64,000 bases of DNA. Origin: a bacterium (GTDB taxonomy: Bacteria > Hinthialibacterota > Hinthialibacteria > Hinthialibacterales > Hinthialibacteraceae). The DNA is taken from positions 832,001-896,000 of the forward strand of contig CAXXMV010000001.1 of assembly GCA_963662285.2 (NCBI GenBank), written 5' to 3'. Below, piece after piece: positions 61,232 to 64,000 of the stretch. The notes under the pieces were generated by a model. That model made no database searches. It was not told where the DNA came from and was given only the letters and a program-made list of their open reading frames with translations. A program made the position numbers and the translations under genes. Every line of letters begins with the position of its first letter. Positions within the stretch are counted from its first letter, which is position 1.

Positions 61232-62110
61232 ATGAAGACAGTTTTATTCAGAATCTTATTGGTAATGATTATTGCATCAACATCGATACTAGTATGCCCG
61301 GAGGCTCCATTGGCTAAAGATTTCCCCAATGAATTGTATATCGGCGGCTTTCTTATCGGACCGCAGGTTTACAGTTTTAACAGATTCAGTTTTTTAGAAG
61401 CCATTGATATGGCCAAACAAGCCGGCGCCAGCGTCATTGAAGCCTATCCCGGTCAGAAACTGAGCCAGGATGATCCCCGGCCATTCAGCCATGACGCCAC
61501 GCCTGATGTATGGGCTAAAGCCAAAATCAAACTGGAACAAACCGGCATCCGCCTCGTAAACTATGGCGTAACGGGATTAAGTACAGATGAAGCAGCCAAC
61601 CGCAAGGTTTTCGATTTCGCTAAAATCATGGGCATCCCCTGCATCACGACCGAACCGGCGGATGAAGCATCATTTGACGTAATCGAAAAACTGGTTAAAG
61701 AATACGATATCAAGATCGCTATCCACAACCATCCACAACCCAGTAAATATTGGGATCCGAATTATGTACTTAAATGCGTCAAAGGCCGTGACTTACGCAT
61801 CGGCGCCTGCGCGGATACCGGGCACTGGATGCGCTCCAAAATTAAACCACTGGAAGCATTGAAGATTCTTGAAGGTAGAATCATCAGCGCTCATCTCAAA
61901 GACCTCGACAAATTCGGAGTGAAGCATGAGGGCGAACATGATGTACCCTTTGGTCAAGGCGTTGGACAGGTTAAGGAAGTTCTAGACGAACTGCGCCGCC
62001 AGAACTTTGATGGCAACATTTCCATTGAATATGAGCACAACTGGGAAAAGAATGTCGGTGAAGTCGCTCAGTGCATTGATTTTGTCCGCGAATATGGCAA
62101 AAACAATTAA
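61232..62110 (+). CDS. Exported sugar phosphate isomerase/epimerase (xylose-isomerase-like TIM barrel)
   Basis: Signal peptide; AIHNH, ADTGHW, HLKD, SIEYE. Confidence 0.88.
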   Translation: MKTVLFRILLVMIIASTSILVCPEAPLAKDFPNELYIGGFLIGPQVYSFNRFSFLEAIDMAKQAGASVIEAYPGQKLSQDDPRPFSHDATPDVWAKAKIKLEQTGIRLVNYGVTGLSTDEAANRKVFDFAKIMGIPCITTEPADEASFDVIEKLVKEYDIKIAIHNHPQPSKYWDPNYVLKCVKGRDLRIGACADTGHWMRSKIKPLEALKILEGRIISAHLKDLDKFGVKHEGEHDVPFGQGVGQVKEVLDELRRQNFDGNISIEYEHNWEKNVGEVAQCIDFVREYGKNN

Positions 62111-62131
62111 TTATTGAATCCAATAATTAAC

Positions 62132-62169
62132 AAAAGGCCGCCCAAATATCCCACGGGCGGCCTTTTTTT
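62132..62169. terminator. Bidirectional intrinsic terminator
   Basis: aaaaggccgccc-loop-gggcggcctttt with a T run, between convergent genes. Confidence 0.85.
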
Positions 62170-62192
62170 GATATATATACTACAGTAATTAA

Positions 62193-63164
62193 TTACGATT
62201 CCCGTTGTTGCTTCCAGGTTGTCCCATCCGGGAAAACAGAAAGATAGGAATAACTTTTCTGTCCGGGAAGAATTTCGATCAAAGTTCCTCCTTTGGCCAC
62301 CTTGTCCGCTCCATAACCGCCAAATCCGGTCGCTCGACCGTATACCAGATTCACCCCACAGGATTCGCCCGAATAATCGTTCACATGATCATGTCCGACA
62401 AACATCGCCGAAACACGCCCGGTCTCAGCAATCTTTGGAAGCGCTTTTCCATTCTCCTTTTCATTGCATACTTTTTCATGCTTGATCCCTATCGCTTTCC
62501 CATTTTCCCATATCTCGTCATACTGAAGAACGGGAATATGACAAAAGACAAATCCAGGGGTTTTGGGCAACGATGCGCATTCGTTCTTCAACCAGTCCGT
62601 CTCCCGCGTCGAGACGCCTACTTTTTCCGTATGCAGCATATAGAATTGCCACAGAGGTTTTTGGGTCTTTTTATCCTGCAATTCAATCCGGTAATTCCCG
62701 TTTCCATCTCCGCGCGAGTAAAGCGTATTAGGCATACTTTCTAAAATGGAATGGGCCTTGGGACGGTCTAATACCTCATCGTGGTTGCCCCACGCAAACA
62801 ACCAGGGAAATCCAAAACTATCGATTCGCTTTGCGCATTGCTCACAGAACGACACTCCCTGCCCACCTTGATCATTGCTCCAAAAATCACCAGTTACCGC
62901 GATCAAGTCTGGTTCAAACTTTTGCAACATATTTTCGATCAACTTCATCGTCTTGGGATCGTCGACATCCCTATTCTTCCCGAAAAAATGAATATCGGTA
63001 ATTTGTAAAATACGAAACGGTTGATCTGGAGCCACCAAAATAATTTGCCGCTGATCCAACGTCGAAGATTCCGACGCAGCGCTAATCAATGACGAGGAAC
63101 TCAATAATGCCGCCGAAGCGGACGAAAGCAAAAACGAACGCCGGTTAAGAGTTAAATGATCCAC
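62193..63164 (-). CDS. Tat-exported calcineurin-like metallophosphoesterase
   Basis: NRRSFL; TDIH, TGD, GNHD, HIP, GHDH. Confidence 0.88.
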   Translation of the reverse strand: MDHLTLNRRSFLLSSASAALLSSSSLISAASESSTLDQRQIILVAPDQPFRILQITDIHFFGKNRDVDDPKTMKLIENMLQKFEPDLIAVTGDFWSNDQGGQGVSFCEQCAKRIDSFGFPWLFAWGNHDEVLDRPKAHSILESMPNTLYSRGDGNGNYRIELQDKKTQKPLWQFYMLHTEKVGVSTRETDWLKNECASLPKTPGFVFCHIPVLQYDEIWENGKAIGIKHEKVCNEKENGKALPKIAETGRVSAMFVGHDHVNDYSGESCGVNLVYGRATGFGGYGADKVAKGGTLIEILPGQKSYSYLSVFPDGTTWKQQRES

Positions 63165-63318
63165 GAAAATCCCTTTCCAAAACAGTGTGATGATTTTTTA
63201 TTATTTTACACGAACCGGGATTTTTCAAGAGAACACGTAAATAATTAGCGTTGCTTCTGAGTCAAGGTTATCTGCCTTCATAATCTGTATAACGCCAACC
63301 AGTTACTATATAAATACA

Positions 63319-63999
63319 TTAATTACTCGACATCATCATTGTTGTGCTCATCATCGACATCATAATCACCGCCATAACCTGGGCTTGAACCGCCTGCTGA
63401 GTCGCTTTGGCGACGCAATCTCCTATCGCTTCTTTCTCGACCAGCAGTTTTATTCTCTCTTTAGCCTTTTTACGTTGATCTTTTTCAAATAGAAAATCAC
63501 TCCAATTACAAGCCTGGATCAGGCTCAGCAAACAGAGCATTCGAGCATCAGGATCACTCCGTCGTAAAACCACAGAACGCAGTCGATCCATCATTTCGCG
63601 CTTGGCCCGTTTGTTCCTGACAGGATACCAGGTTGTAGGAAAAAGCCACAAAACATGACCTTTTTCTTCTTTGAGATACTTGGAATGCACCAGGCGTTCG
63701 ATCACTGGTTGGCGGATCAATTTACGGTTATTGGTAAACCGCTGAATCCATGTGGATATCTTTCGCGGCTTTTGGTCTTTGACTATTTCATCCAGGATGC
63801 TCTTCAATATTGGATCGCCCGTCTTTGAATCACGAATCGATAGATATTCATTATCCACCCGTAGTTTATCCTCGAAGGATAATTCCAATAAAACAGCGCC
63901 CGCCAATCCCACGCCCAAGGTGTTTATCGCACCGCCATAGAACTTTCCCGTATCTTTATTTATAGCCAACATCACTAATTCTTCTGCAAGACTCAGCAT
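63319..63999 (-). CDS. GPP34/GOLPH3-family protein
   Basis: LSLAEELVMLA, GLAGAVLLEL, TGDPIL, VLWLFPTTWYP pattern. Confidence 0.8.
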   Translation of the reverse strand: MLSLAEELVMLAINKDTGKFYGGAINTLGVGLAGAVLLELSFEDKLRVDNEYLSIRDSKTGDPILKSILDEIVKDQKPRKISTWIQRFTNNRKLIRQPVIERLVHSKYLKEEKGHVLWLFPTTWYPVRNKRAKREMMDRLRSVVLRRSDPDARMLCLLSLIQACNWSDFLFEKDQRKKAKERIKLLVEKEAIGDCVAKATQQAVQAQVMAVIMMSMMSTTMMMSSN

Positions 64000-64000
64000 A

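Noticed and set aside
1-64000. CRISPR arrays, rRNA/tRNA genes, integrases, transposases, and the many short antisense ORFs in the track
   Set aside because: No regularly spaced repeats or recognisable RNA-gene or recombinase motifs were seen. The short ORFs overlap well-supported genes on other frames and lack motifs.

Overview
A 64-kb, moderately AT-rich bacterial chromosomal window with no rRNA, tRNA, CRISPR array or intact transposase that I can support. Taxonomy is uncertain. Tat substrates, pilin-derived proteins with a YDPTNG motif and GH172-like proteins point weakly to a poorly studied diderm lineage such as Sumerlaeota or Hinthialibacterota. The housekeeping core is nusA-infB-DUF503-rbfA-truB-rpsO-pnp (no rimP or ribF) plus an isolated rplU. 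Around it are accessory modules. (i) The best candidate for an undescribed system is a non-canonical Hsp70 operon: a J-like-TPR protein with HPD replaced by NPE, a short GrpE and a divergent DnaK. It is followed by a Zn-ribbon-TPR-TM-coiled-coil-TPR gene with a clear paralog about 27 kb away. (ii) An exported cluster holds an HtrA lacking all three catalytic residues, a GH172/DUF2961 protein lacking its catalytic Glu motifs and an apparently intact ADP-ribosylglycohydrolase. (iii) An EIIA(Ntr-like)/PII-like/two-CPA2-antiporter operon. (iv) A SAM-methyltransferase/Ddl-like ATP-grasp fusion next to a PLP trans-sulfuration enzyme. (v) A two-domain ModA-type ABC importer. (vi) Two adjacent frameshifted genes (DUF1593 and a nuclease-DUF2075 helicase). 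Readable RNA structures include a probable nusA-leader attenuator, a long pnp-leader stem, several terminators and a GC-rich REP-like repeat family. All family calls come from motif recognition by eye, not database searches.
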